This document shows positions 10,682 to 22,885 of a DNA stretch of 64,000 nt, in pieces. Under the pieces are notes generated by a model. The model had not been told where the DNA came from, did not search any database, and was given only the letters and a program-made list of their open reading frames with translations. This DNA is from Lophium mytilinum (lineage: Eukaryota). The DNA lies in contig MU004187.1 in the NCBI GenBank assembly GCA_010093605.1, positions 620,001-684,000 on the forward strand. The letters run 5' to 3'. The translations under genes and the position numbers were made by a program. How positions within the stretch are numbered: the first letter of the stretch is position 1; every line of letters starts with the position of its first letter.

Positions 10682-13600
10682 CTACAGCTCATCTTCAAGA
10701 TCTTCCGAACTAGACTCATCTTCCGAGCTAGAATCATCTTCCGAAGTCTCCGTGTCTGTCTCAGACTCTTCCGATGATTCCGTGTCGGTCTCAGACTCCG
10801 TCTCCGTGTCTGTTTCGCTGTCTGTTTCGCTGTCGGTTTCGCTGTCGGTTTCGCTGTCGGTCTCCACATCCTCCGAATCGGGTGCATCCAACATCTCGAT
10901 ATCATCATCATTTCCGTGGACACCGGAGTCCTCACCCCTGTCTTCGACGCCTAATCTACTCTCAATAGAGCCTTTCTCGCGACTCTCTTCTGCGCCTGAA
11001 CCCTCCTCATTGGACTCCTCACTTAAATCTATTTTTAGACCCCAGTCGTAGTTTCTGAGGTCATGCATCTTATTCCTATGTTTGATCGTCGCCTTAGAAA
11101 TCCTAGGACGCGCAATATCCTGAGGCTCGGCATGTTTTTTCTGCCCTGCCTGCTCCATGAGGAGGTCATTCCTCTGCTTAAAAAACTCAGTCGTCCCCCT
11201 TTTGACGCCTGAAACCCGCGTATTTCGCGCTCGACGGATTGGCCTTCCTGGGCGAGGAGTGCCCGGGCGAGGGAAGTGGAGGGACCCGGAGTAGGTCGAG
11301 TGGCGCAAGAGTCCGGTCGAAAGCTGGCGCGGGGGTTGTAGGGGAGGTCGGTACTGACGGACGTCCCACATGGCGAGGCGGAATCTACGCTCGATTTCTG
11401 CTCTGTGTGCATCCCCCACGGGCTCAGAAGCTGGCGGAGCTTGGGTATCTGCGGGCATTGAGCTAGGGGGGAGGATTCGGCGCTTCTTGCTCTGCGCCTC
11501 TACGATGTGATCTTGGCCCCGCTTCTGGAGTGGAGTAGCAACTGCCTGGTTGTTATCGTTGTCATGGTCGTCATCATCGTTGTCCTCACTGCCCTCGCTC
11601 TCCTCGCTAGAGTACCAAGAGGCCGGGACAGAGAGAGAGGGAAAGAACGAGAGACAAGAAACATCAGAGTCTTCTTCACTCGTATCGATTTCCTCATAGT
11701 TGCTTTGTGTGGCCGGAGCCTGCAAAGCCAAAGCTGCTAAGCCCCTGTCAGGGCGCATAGGCGGAAATACGTCTTCTGGACCTTGGAAAGGATGCGGACG
11801 CCCTGAAGTGCGGACAGGCCTAGTAAAAGTCTGCAAATGGCGAGGACGAAGTAAACTACTGGGCCTATTATAGAAGTCGTTTGTGTTGTGGTTATCCCGG
11901 TTGCCCGTATTCCGGGATAGCGTTTCTGGAGGGTCTCCTGACTCTGGGCTATTCGCACCGTTGTCGGGGATAAATCGAGAGTTCCCGTCGTCGTCGTCGA
12001 CAACTAACTTCACTGGTGAACCAGCATATGGATCCGACGGGTCATCGTCTCGAATGTCTCTTAGGGTAGGGTTTCTTGGTGGTGGTGACTCTTCATGGTC
12101 ACTGTCCTCGACACCATCATCTTCCTCGTGGCTCTCTCCGACATCACCGTCTTCCTTGATGCCAGCCTCTTCAATTTCGGTCTGCGATGCCGGCGCGGCC
12201 GCACTCGTCGACTGGTTGTTCTGGGTTGAGCGTTTACTTATCTCCATGTCCAAATCGTCGACGATGGAGTATCCCTCAGCCACATCAGCTGCCGATTCTA
12301 CGCCGCCGGACAGACACTGGAAACTAAGGTCCATGTCCGTATGTTCCCCATCGCCACCAAAATCGGAATCATTGTCTGAATCTGCACTGAATGTGCTGCT
12401 GTCCCCGCTAATCTCCGCTTTCTCAGTCTCGACCTCGCTGTCGACACCATCGTCTTCCTCGATGCCCATCTCTTCAAGTTCGGTCTGCTCTACGGTCTGC
12501 GATGCCGGCGCGGCCGCATCCGTCGGCTGGGTGCTTCGGGTCGAGCTTTCGCCCACCTCCATATTCGAGTTGTCGACGAGAGTCCTGAAACTCTCGTCAG
12601 GGTCTTCAGTGACGATCGAATAGCCCTCAGCTACGTCAGCCGACTCTTCTACGCCGCCGGACAGATACTGGAAACTGTATTCCCGCTCTGGAACTTCTTC
12701 ATCGCGATCGAAATCAGATTCATCATCTGAGTCCGAACTGAGACTGCTGCTCTCGTGGCTCGTTTCCGCTTTCTCAGTCTCGCTCTCCCTATCTGACTCG
12801 CTGTCCCTATTCGACACATAGTCAAATGCGTCAGGGACTGGAGCCTCGTCTGTGCCGCGATCTAAGACTAGAGCACCCTCACCAGTCTGAATAGGCGGCG
12901 CCTCGATGACAGGCATCTCAAAACGCCAGCCGCCAGGCGGAGGCCTGCGGTCAGGATACTCCATTACATGATCATACACCCGCGGCGCCGGCCATGGTGT
13001 ATCTACCGGCAGCGCAGTTTCGGGATTATAGTCGAGCGGACCCGGGTTCCAGGTCCCTGCAGCCACGGCTTCAAGATACTTCGCGTGGAGAGCGGCGCGC
13101 TCGATGCGGGCTTGCGCGATCATGTCCTCTGATAAGGCGCGGCCTGTATTGGCTACGGCGGGTGGGGTATAGCTCGTACTATTGCGCGACGAGCGATTCC
13201 GTGTCTGTTCTAGGTTCTCTAGAGTCCTTCGTGGGGGAGGGGGCTGGGTTCTGAGCCTCTTCGGAGGAGACTCGGTGGCGTCGTTGCTTTTTCGTGACTC
13301 GTTTTCCCTAGGTCTCTTCCGAGAGGAGGCGGAGGCCCCGTCGGCAGGCTGGGTCGAGTCGCCTTCTGGGTTGTTGGCAGGTGTGGTTGGAGGAGGCGGT
13401 TTGATCGCATCATCATGCGTGCTCGTCTCGTTTTCCCGAGAGACTTTGCGAGAAGGCTCTGCTGTAGTTTGAGGGATTTCGCCTCCAGCGACGGTAAGAG
13501 GAGCGAGGGTTGGAGTGTAGCTGTTGCTAGACTGTCCTGGCTGATGTGAGATAAATGGGCGGTAGTCCAAAACACCAACATCACTCGGCGCACGAGGCCG

Positions 13601-15761
13601 GGCTGCATTCTGAGTAGTCGCCGGTTGGGTCGAAGGTAGGGCAGTCTGTGCACCAATAGATGGCGCAGTCTCTTCAGGCTTCTTAGCTTCCCTAAGTCTT
13701 TTCTCCGGCGCAGATGTGGGACTGGTCACAGGAGGATGCCCCCTGGAGTCTGGGTCCAACAATCTTCTCATCCGGACGTGCTCCTGAACGTCCCAGTCAA
13801 ACAAGATCGGCTCAACCGTTCCAGGGATCAGCTGGAGCGTTTCTCTAACAACTTTTGGCCGCTTTTGCCGCGGCATATATGGTGGAAGTCGAGGACGCGG
13901 GCGAGGCAATAGCTCGTCGAGGGGGACATAAACATCCTGCAACTCCTCCGCATTACGGCGCTGATTCCTAAAGTTGTCTCGATGGAAATCAGCCACGAGA
14001 TCGTCGCCATTCATGGGTACCGGGTTGGAAGTGGTGGGAGGGTCTTGCGGGTGCGAGTGAGCTTGCAAATCTCTACCTCCAGCTTCTTGATCTGCAGTCT
14101 CTTGAACAGAGGTTGACGGCTGAGCCTGCGATCCGACATCTGAATCAAATACCACTCCATCAGTGTTTCCGATTGGCGCATTACCAGTGGGCTGACGATC
14201 AGAAGGTGCTGGGGCACCTTCAGGAGCCGACTGCACTGGAGAATCCATATCTTGGCCTTCCTGATCCTGGCTTTCCTGTTCAGGACTCGAAGGATCGTCT
14301 ACGATTTGAGGCGCATCCTGGGATGAACCTCCAGGCTGGACAATATCGAAGTCAACCACCGTGGTATTAGGCGGTTCGATGCCAGCGTCAAGAGTGCTTT
14401 CTGACTGTGACGGGGCCAGAATATCTGCCTCTTCACCATCGCGATCTACATCATCTTCCAACGGGACTGAAGCGTGGTCTGGAAAATGATGGGGTTTCTG
14501 GGTATGGCTGTCAGAAGCCTCGATATCGGGTTCTGCGGCCATCTGGTCTGCACCGTCATTCGCGTCTATGCGCTGTCTCTTGGCTGCGTGACTATCGTCT
14601 AGTGAAGTGCTTCTCGTGGCGCGATTCTGAGGAGGATGTTGTTGCGCCGGAACGCTGTGAGCTTGTCTAGGACTAGCAGTACCCGCTGTCGACATTGCGT
14701 CCGACTTCCTCTTGCGGGTATTGTTGCCTTCAGTGACAGGAGACTTGTCGGTGCTGAGGGTTGTCGTCTGTTGAACGACGTCTTGGGGTGGAACAACGCT
14801 TGACGTCGCTGCCTCATCGACAACATCAGTTGACAACAGTTGTACATCCTCTCCTTCCGGGGTGGTTGGAGTGAGAGCATCTTCGGCGGTGAGCTCAGGG
14901 GCTTCCCGCTCAGCGTCGTTACCCGCTTCCACATCATGGGACACCTTCGCCGACTTCTTCGCTTTAGGGGCCTTCTTCTTCACAGCAGCCGACGCGGCGA
15001 CAGCAAAAGCAGCTTCTGCGGCAGCTCGTGCCGTATTGCGAGCCGCAAGCCGATCTTGTCGAGTTTGCGCCGCGGTTTTGGTAACCCGCGCTGGCTGCTG
15101 TCCTACAGGTTTCTTTGCCTTAGTAGCTACCTGCTTCTTTGGAGGTGCCTTCGCGGTTGCCTTCTTCGCTGGATGCTTCCTCTTTGGAGCCGCGCTGGTC
15201 GACTCTGCAGCTTGCTCCGGTGAAGGGGCGGCCTGCTTCGCCTGCCGGTCCGCGATTCGTTTTGATGTTCGGGTAGGTTGCACGTCTGCAACTTTCCGTG
15301 CGGCGTATACGATGAGGGTCCTGGAGGTATTTGCTAGCTGTTCTCTTGCTAGCCTCTCCGCGGCATTCCTCCAAACGGTGTCCCAGAACTTTTCGATGGG
15401 CTCTGCAGAATCTAGGCGGCGGGGTCCGAGTGAATCAATGTAGATGTTCGAGCCGGAGGCAGCCTGTTGATCGATGTGTTAGCAATAGAGTAAGTTAAGG
15501 GAGGAGGTGTATGTGACTTACTTTGGAGGAGCTTCCGTTGAGCTCGGCGTGGTCAAGGTCAGGCATGGCTGCCTCGGTGTCTTCGATAATAGTACCAGTC
15601 GGTGCGCTCAGCATTGCAAAAGTCGGAGTGGATTCTTGAGGCGCAAACTCTGGAAGAGGTGAAAGATTGTTGGAGAAGACTAGAGGTGGATGGTTGCATG
15701 GCGAAATGCCAGCCAGGTCGCCGCCGCCACCAGGAGGTGGATTCGAGCAGCCCCCTTCCAT
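10682..15761 (-). CDS. Very large low-complexity, probably disordered orphan protein (about 1670 aa); exons 15761-15522 and 15463-10682
   Basis: 4.6-kb ORF; upstream ATG exon joins in frame through a 58-nt intron (GTAAGT...GCTAAC...CAG, 15521-15464). Basic K/A-rich N-terminus, NLS-like RKRK/RKRPR/PPKRLR motifs, acidic tracts. Confidence 0.75.
10800..10864. repeat. 12-bp coding tandem repeat (ETDS units)
   Basis: About 5 copies of TTCGCTGTC(G/T)GT encoding ETDSETDSETDSETDSETDT in the acidic tail. Confidence 0.85.
12105..12782. repeat. Intragenic tandem duplication of about 330-350 bp
   Basis: Two copies of ETEKAE.S..SS..S.DSD..SDF...SFQ.LSGGVE..ADVAEGYSIV...AAAPASQT...EEDDGV; DNA anchor CCGCTTTCTCAGTCTC occurs near 12415 and 12765. 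Confidence 0.88.
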
Positions 15762-16740
15762 GACTAGAGAGTGAACTGATTTTATTCTTGCTGGTGGAAG
15801 CTTTAGAGGGCAAAGTATGATGGATGAGGTGGATCGTGACGAGCGAAGTCACGGTGGGTAGTGAGGTGGGAGATGAAAGTAGCTGCAGGTCTGAAGTCGA
15901 CGGGCGAGGCAAAGGTAACAACAACATCAAGTTGTGGAAAAACAAAAGGCCGACGAAAGCGAGCCAGGAGTGATTGAAAGTGTCGTAGTGACGTCAGGGG
16001 GTTTGGCCTTTGGGAGGATGTATTCACCAACTCAAGCTTTGCTCTTGTGAGACCTAACTGAATGCTGGCGACAACATCTTTTGAAAGTAGTAGTATATGT
16101 TACTGATCTTGAGGTAGATGAAGTCTGAATAGGGGGTACACTTATACTCATAGTAAGGAGAACGTTCACTGTCTGGTCTGGGGGTTCAGGGCAAGTGAAC
16201 AAATGCGACGCCCGTTTACAATCACTGTAACAAGTTCTAGAAAGACCTACAGAATCACAAAGAAATAGAACATACCGGTGACCTACTAGGTTTAGGTTGT
16301 TTTACTGACCCAAAGAATTGAACAGTCCGGGTAGAAGTTCTCGCTTTGAAGGAAAGACGATCGAGCGCAAATCTTTACGTATATAAGAGTACAGTACTAC
16401 ACTATAAATCTAGAGACACGAATCTGTCACTGCTTAGCTTCAATTTTGCATACTCGACGCCACTGTAGGGGATAGCCTGACAGCTGAGCAGCCATTTAGT
16501 CAAAAGGCAGTCTAATCCACACTGTTAAGAACTCGAAGATGCCCTTGAGTCTCCGAAATCCTATGGGGGTACCCCAAGCAGTGTCGAACTAGTGTGCAAC
16601 AACGTGTAGTAAATGTAGCCTGTCTAGACGACGTATCCCCTGAATTGATCATTCCTATCACCGTTCTGTCTACATCCGGAATGAAGACGCGCTAAAGGCA
16701 TTTGATCCATATGATGATTTTTCTCCGAGAAGCATAAAAT

Positions 16741-18481
16741 CTACAACAAGAACCTGAACCCATTCTCCGACGCTTCTCCCGGGACCGCATTTATCGCGCC
16801 CTCAACGTGCTCTCCTCGGTCTAGCTTCTTATTCAGCCGCGCCAACATCAGTCGCAGCACTGTCGCCATGATGATAGCCAGCACAGCCGTAGCGCAATCC
16901 ACAGACATTGGGACGACCAGATTCGGATGAGTAACCCCCTTTTGCTGCGGGTACATGTAACTAGCGTAGATAGAGCTTGCGTTGCTGACGGCATTAATCG
17001 CAGCCAAAGCTGCTGCTCGCTTGGCTGGAGGTCGAGGAATCGAGTTGGAGATCCATGCCAACGTGACCACATAACCAGTATACACTCCTGGAACCATCAA
17101 CATCATGGAGACATAGCGAGGCGCGGTGGATGTCGTCGCGGCAGCCAATATAAAAGCCGCAACACCGACGCAGAGGGGTAGTACGACGTGGAAGTATCGC
17201 TCGCCGGTTCGATCTGCGTGCCACGCGTTCGCGAATGTCGTGATGACTGCTAGAACGTATGGTGGAGCAGTGAGGAGGAGTGTGTTGACGTTGTTATAGC
17301 CGAGCGTTTTGACAACTGTTGGGAAGAAGTTCGTTACTGAAGCCGAGGACACGATTCCGAGTAGCATAATCATTAGGACCCAGGTCTTGATATCCAGGAA
17401 CGCTAGCTTCAGGCCGTGGAAGAAGCTCTGCTGCTCGCTGTTGACCCAATCGTCTTCACCGATGTCTTCTTGTAGGCGCCACACGGCCAATTGACGCTCC
17501 TCCTCCGTCAGCCAGGAGGTCGTTCGAGGGAAGTTAGGTAAGATGAAGAAGGAGGCGGCGGCGATGACGACTGTGATTGCGCCTTCTATAATGAAAACCC
17601 AGCGCCTGATTCGAGTTAGTGGTAGCTCACAGATAATCAAAAGCAATCTCTTACCAAGCACGAAGGCCTTTCGTTCCGTCCATGTTGCTAGTTATGCCAG
17701 CAGTAATCAAGCCTCCGAATGCTCCGGATATCAAGCTCCCAGAGTAGAGAACTGCGGTGCGCAGTCCTAGTTCTTTCCTGGTATACCATGCGCTGAGGTA
17801 GAACAGACAGCCGGGCTACGCGCATATTAGCATCGCCTTGGGGTAAAAGAACATCCATTCGAACTTACGAAATAAGCAGCCTCGACAAAACCGAGAAAGA
17901 AGCGGATGGCAATCAAGCCTCCGAAGTTGTTACAGCCTGCCGTGGAACCCGAGATAATGCCCCATGCAACCATACAGCTCGGTAAGTATATCGCGGGTTT
18001 TCCAATCTTATTTAAGAAAAGGTTCGAGGGGACTGGAGCTTTTAGCAATTGCTTGGATACGGATATGATGTATCTTACTTTGCATAAGAATATATCCCAC
18101 GAACAGGATACTGATAACAGTCTATCGCGATTTAGCACCAACAACTCAACTCAAATTCCTTAAACCCGAGCATACCTGATACTGCGTGCTGCTCAAATCC
18201 AGCTCATCCTGCAACCCAGCCAGCCTCACAGCCGCGATATTGTTCCGATCTAGATAATTCATGATATACATCAGGATTATCATGGGCATCAACCGCAGAT
18301 CAATCTTCCGCTTCAACTTCAACTCCGTCGCTTGGCGCACTTCAGGCGACATGGCCGCCACCAGCGGCGGCGGCGTCATCTTGCTCGACGACGGAGCGCC
18401 GACATCGTGTTCATAGTGATCCGAGACACGCTCAGGCGTGAGCTTGTCATCAATGCCTGTGATGCCCGTAGTCGTAGCCAT
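16741..18481 (-). CDS. MFS transporter, anion:cation symporter (allantoate/nicotinate permease-like) family, multi-exon
   Basis: KIDLRLMP...NYLDRNNI, VPSNL, RFFLGFVEA, WVFIIEG, ADRTGER motifs over several exons separated by GT-AG introns. Confidence 0.9.
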
Positions 18482-19522
18482 TGCAGCGGTTTTCGTTCGC
18501 AGTGCAGCAGCTCAGCGAGCCGTGAGGTAGAAGTAGCGACACGGACAGAGACAGAATATATCAACTAAGCGCACTAAGATAAAAGATATAGAGCCAGCGT
18601 AACGGGAGATAGCAGTACAACCACAGAGTCCAATACCACGCTGAGAAGGAATCTAGCAGAGGGACAAAGGCGCCTCTTTATCACATCGGCTCGGTTTCGA
18701 TGACACGACACCTCGACAAACTAAACCGCCATCGTCACCGCCTGCTCGCCCCGCCGTCAACGGCGCCGGGAGGGGTGCGCAGGCGGGCGATCGTCTAAAG
18801 TGCCGGACGTGGTGCGTCCACTCACGTATCATGGTCGGGGATGGCTGGAGGGGTACGAAGCGGGTGCAACCCCGGATTTTTTTGGGCAGAACTGCTGCGG
18901 CGCGCTACTCGCTGGGAGCTACCCCGGCTTCCGTGTGGGACTTGAGATTTGGGGAAGGGGATCGGAGGAGCGGGCCGTGGTGCAGGAGGGGGGTTGGGAT
19001 TAGGTTGAAGAGCCAATCGGTGTTCTGTTTGGATCGTGATGGTGACACTGCATTTCGAGTACTTTGCATTGAGAAGAAGCTGTTGCCATTGCTGCAATTG
19101 AAGCCTTTCGAGATTCTGATGGGAGATTGGAATTAGCATCCGACAAGCGCCCGGGGATGATGCGGTGGCTGGGTTAAGGTCGCCCGCGTTTCATTCCCCG
19201 CATATCGACGTCTTGGCCCGATGTGTCACGGGGCATGTGTAGCCGGAAAAGCTTGCTATTCCTGGTGATCAGATTGTAGGATCCTGGCTTTCCACGAATT
19301 GGAGGCTGATGAAGTACCATGGGTTGTTCGTGCCGAAACAGAAGCCGACGCTGCTGTCACGCTGTTCATAAGGGCTCAATTGCCGATTCTTTGGCTGAAC
19401 ATCGGTCCGACGTTCTGGCCGATATATCTACTAATGCACGACTGCGTGTCTTACCTATATTTTGCGTTGGTGGAGCTTGTTTCTACGACGGGGAATAGAG
19501 CCTCAAGATCGTACCGCGCTTA

Positions 19523-20026
19523 TCACTCGCAGATCAATTTAACAGATTCAGTTGCGTCTCCGCTTCCCCACCATGCACATTTGCCCATGTACTGCCGGCC
19601 TTCTATTGCCTCCCTCCCTAAATCCATACTACAATCACCATCCTTGAACTTTACAACTAAACATACTATTAGTGGTGACTAGCTTTAGAATATACTTGAG
19701 GGGAAAAGTTCTTACAGTGACAACCCCGCTCAAGCTTAAGAACTCGTATCCCACCAGCCCGAATACTTTTACCAGTAGTATTAGACGGCCATTCTATACC
19801 GGGTATCAGCTTGATATAACAGTCTTATAGCTTGCTTCTAGGAAGCCTTACGCGTGCTTTGGCATTCTGAAAAGTATCCAGCGTCATCGCGGGGTGATCC
19901 GTAAGTGTAGGTTTTGTGCTCATCTTTGTAAGAACAATTCCGATTTGGATATGCAACAAAGATATTCTCTGCGGGAACAGCAGTAGCTAGGAGAAGCGAC
20001 ACAAGTATGGCAGTAAAGGAGACCAT
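19523..20026 (-). CDS. Small secreted cysteine-rich protein, 128 aa, 6 Cys; exons 20026-19852, 19793-19716, 19656-19523
   Basis: Signal peptide MVSFTAILVSLLLATAVPA; introns of 58 and 59 nt (GTAAGG...GCTGAT...TAG; GTAAGA...CTAAT...TAG) give a stop-free 387-nt CDS ending KLICE-TGA. Confidence 0.78.
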
Positions 20027-20277
20027 CTTCCTCTGTGCGAGCAAATTTTGAGAGTGTGTGTAATATGATTGTTTTGCGGGCAGATGTATGTACGTGGCTA
20101 TATATGATTGATTTGTGTGCTGATTAAGGCTGAGCCATGGTAATCTGGTGGGTAAACCCGGCGACAGTGGCGTGGCTGGTGCTAGAATAACATAAACACA
20201 ATAAAAGACACCGAGTAATATTCTAAATATACAAAGTACTCCAGAAAGAATGCACGCAGAACAGATAGCTAACCCCT

Positions 20278-22056
20278 TCACAATCTAACATGCCTTCCAT
20301 GAAAGCCAAAGCCAACTACACCGTCAACTTCCGCTCTCCCCACTTCCTCCATCGTCCTCGCATCCAAGCAGAGCAAGTAGCTCTTCCCCACCTCCCCATC
20401 CAGCACCACACTAAGCAACACGCCATCATCTTCCCCGCTGCCCTCCGGATCAGCAACGAATATCGGCTCGCCTGGCGTATGCGACCACTTCTCCCAATAC
20501 ACCGTCGTCTGCGTCTGGTAATCGAACTTCACCAACCCGTCCGTCAAAGTACTACGCCCACGATTCGCAATCCCGTACACATAGCGCGCCTCCTTTGTGA
20601 AATAAGCCGGGTTAATGATAGGCAGTTCCGCCCCAAAGTCTTTCGGCGAGTCAAAGACCAGCTTGGCCTCTCGCAGCTCGCTCGAGGGCGTCGAGGGGAC
20701 GTCTGGAAGCACGAAGCGCGCAACCGACGGACGCGGTACGTCTGGTGTGGGAATTGACATCAAGCTCTTGTAGTAGAGCGCGTGGAGGATATCGAGATTA
20801 TCGTGCTTTGTGACATCGCAAACGATTTCCGTCTTTGAGGGATCGGACGGCGAAGGGCGCTCCCACGCATTGATGGTGTGGAAGCAGAAGAACGGGTCGC
20901 TTTCGTAGGTTGCTACCAAGCCTTTCCCGTTGCGGCGGTCGATCACGTACCACTTTGCTTTCTTGGTTGGGTCAAAGGGCGCGATTGACTCGAGGATGTT
21001 TTTGTTTGCGAGGAGAGAGACGCCGGCTTTGGAGTAGTGCGCGCTCCAGATGCAGAGGATCACGTAGGATCCGGAGAGGAAGAGCGAATGTAAGTATGCG
21101 GGTCGGTCTTGGATGGTGGCGAGGATTTCGGTTTGGCCGGTCGACGCTGAGGTGTGGAAGACCTGGTAAGTCGACTTCATACCGATATCGAGGTTGTAGT
21201 TAAAGATGTCACCGGTCTCTGGATCAGCTTTAGCGTGAGCGGCCGACATTGGTCCTTTCAGCAATGGATGTAGACTTGTCTGGGTGGCTAATCCAATGGG
21301 CTCGAGTGTTTCCGGGTCAATTTGTTGGAAGATATTGGCATCAGTCTTGTTGTGGAGCGTCTTGATTCCACTGCTGTGGCTCGCAATCGAGGGTTCTGAG
21401 TCGTTGCCAATAGTCTGGAATCCCGGTAGGTTGACTGACAGTGTCACACCAACATTTGCAGTAGTTGGTCCTCGTGGGCCCGAAGGCTTTGCAGCCGACG
21501 TGACAGCTGACGTGAAAGTTGACATGACTTTTTGGAAGAAGCTCTCACAGGGGTCGCGCTTTTGCCCAAATGTGAAATCTTTCAAGTCTCCTGTCTCTCT
21601 GATCGTTTGCAATATCTCGTCAACTTCCAGTCGAGAATTGTAGAAAACTCGAATGGGCGTAGTAGCGTCATTAGTGGCATCAATCTTGAATCGATGAACT
21701 TGGGTGAAGCCATCAAACCAGTGAGACATGATGACAGGTTTTCCATTCGGGCCGTCTTCCTGATGGCCGCCAGGACCTGTCCGGTACAGGACACCAGCGG
21801 CATACTTGGGAATCGAGCCGACTACCTTGAGTTCCACAGGAGTGCGTTGCTCGTACTTAGGCTCAAACTGTGCATGTCAGCAATTTTGTCACTCCCTTGC
21901 AATGACGATCGAAAAGACTCATGTTTGAAACTATTCCTTATATGTAGAGTCGATGTGCAATTTCATTCTTGCCAAAAAGGGGGGACTTACTCCTTGTTCA
22001 TGGCGCCAAATAGCTGATACACCGTCCTTGTCTTGTTCATTCACTTGTTGTGCCAT
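20278..22056 (-). CDS. Carotenoid cleavage oxygenase (RPE65 family, torulene dioxygenase-like); exons 22056-21991 and 21867-20278
   Basis: GVLYRTGPG, HWFDG, iron-ligand histidines in SAAH, YLHS, FCFHTINAW and GFHG, plus EPIFV and EDDGVLLS. Alternative upstream ATG at 22074. Confidence 0.9.
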
Positions 22057-22885
22057 GATGCTAAGCTGAGCCATACTCTCTATGGTGTTTGTAGACTCGA
22101 AGGTAATTCTCGCAAAGCTGGAAGGTAATGAGCAACGTAGTTCAAGGTAATACAATAGATGCTTATAGCTTTGAAACGAGGTGACGAAAGAGCTATGATG
22201 ATGTAAAGCTGGAAAAGGCAATTGAAGATAACTCTAATATCCTACTCACCTAGGGGATATTTAAGCACTTATTCTTGAGACTAGGCGCCAACCTTCTGAA
22301 GCGTTACGCCCGAAAGACCTCGGGGTCAGCGCTCAAAGCTGACGATCGCTTCACCGAATGAGGAGTGATTTGATTGGTCGTGACTAGCGTGGCCTCGTAT
22401 ACCCTGGTCTTACGGCCGTAGCCGCCCCGTGATCCAGGTACGACATCTACCACATGTTAAAAGCGAGGAAATACGGGGTAATCAAGCGAGAAAGCGGGAT
22501 GTTTGAATCTTGCGACTCCGTAGTTTCGTTCGGGTTGAATGGCCTGGCCCGTAAGACTAAGAGGGCGAGCCGAGGCTTTGTGAGCGATTACTGTTCGAGG
22601 ACCCCATATCATACAAGTCCGGAGAAGTCCCGTAAGGCTCTAGGACTCTCAGTAACTCGAAAACCTTCATGCCAATCTCCTAAGGAGTCAGTAATGGAGT
22701 GGAGGCCAGTAACAGAGTCGGAAAATCTGCACTCCGGGCGTTGAGTGAGCAGTCTAGTAAGGTATTCTATGGCCTTTGTCAGTCGGCTCAGCAGTCACAT
22801 GCGACCTTCCTGACTCTTGCTTAATATGATCCCATCATGCTCAAAAACATGTGGCGAAGGAATGATATGAGGAGCTAGGTGCGTT

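Noticed and set aside
10395..11051. 218-aa plus-strand ORF with SVSL repeats
   Set aside because: Antisense shadow of the ETDS acidic tail of the large minus-strand gene.
11883..12623. 246-aa Ser-rich plus-strand ORF
   Set aside because: Antisense shadow of the acidic duplicated region.
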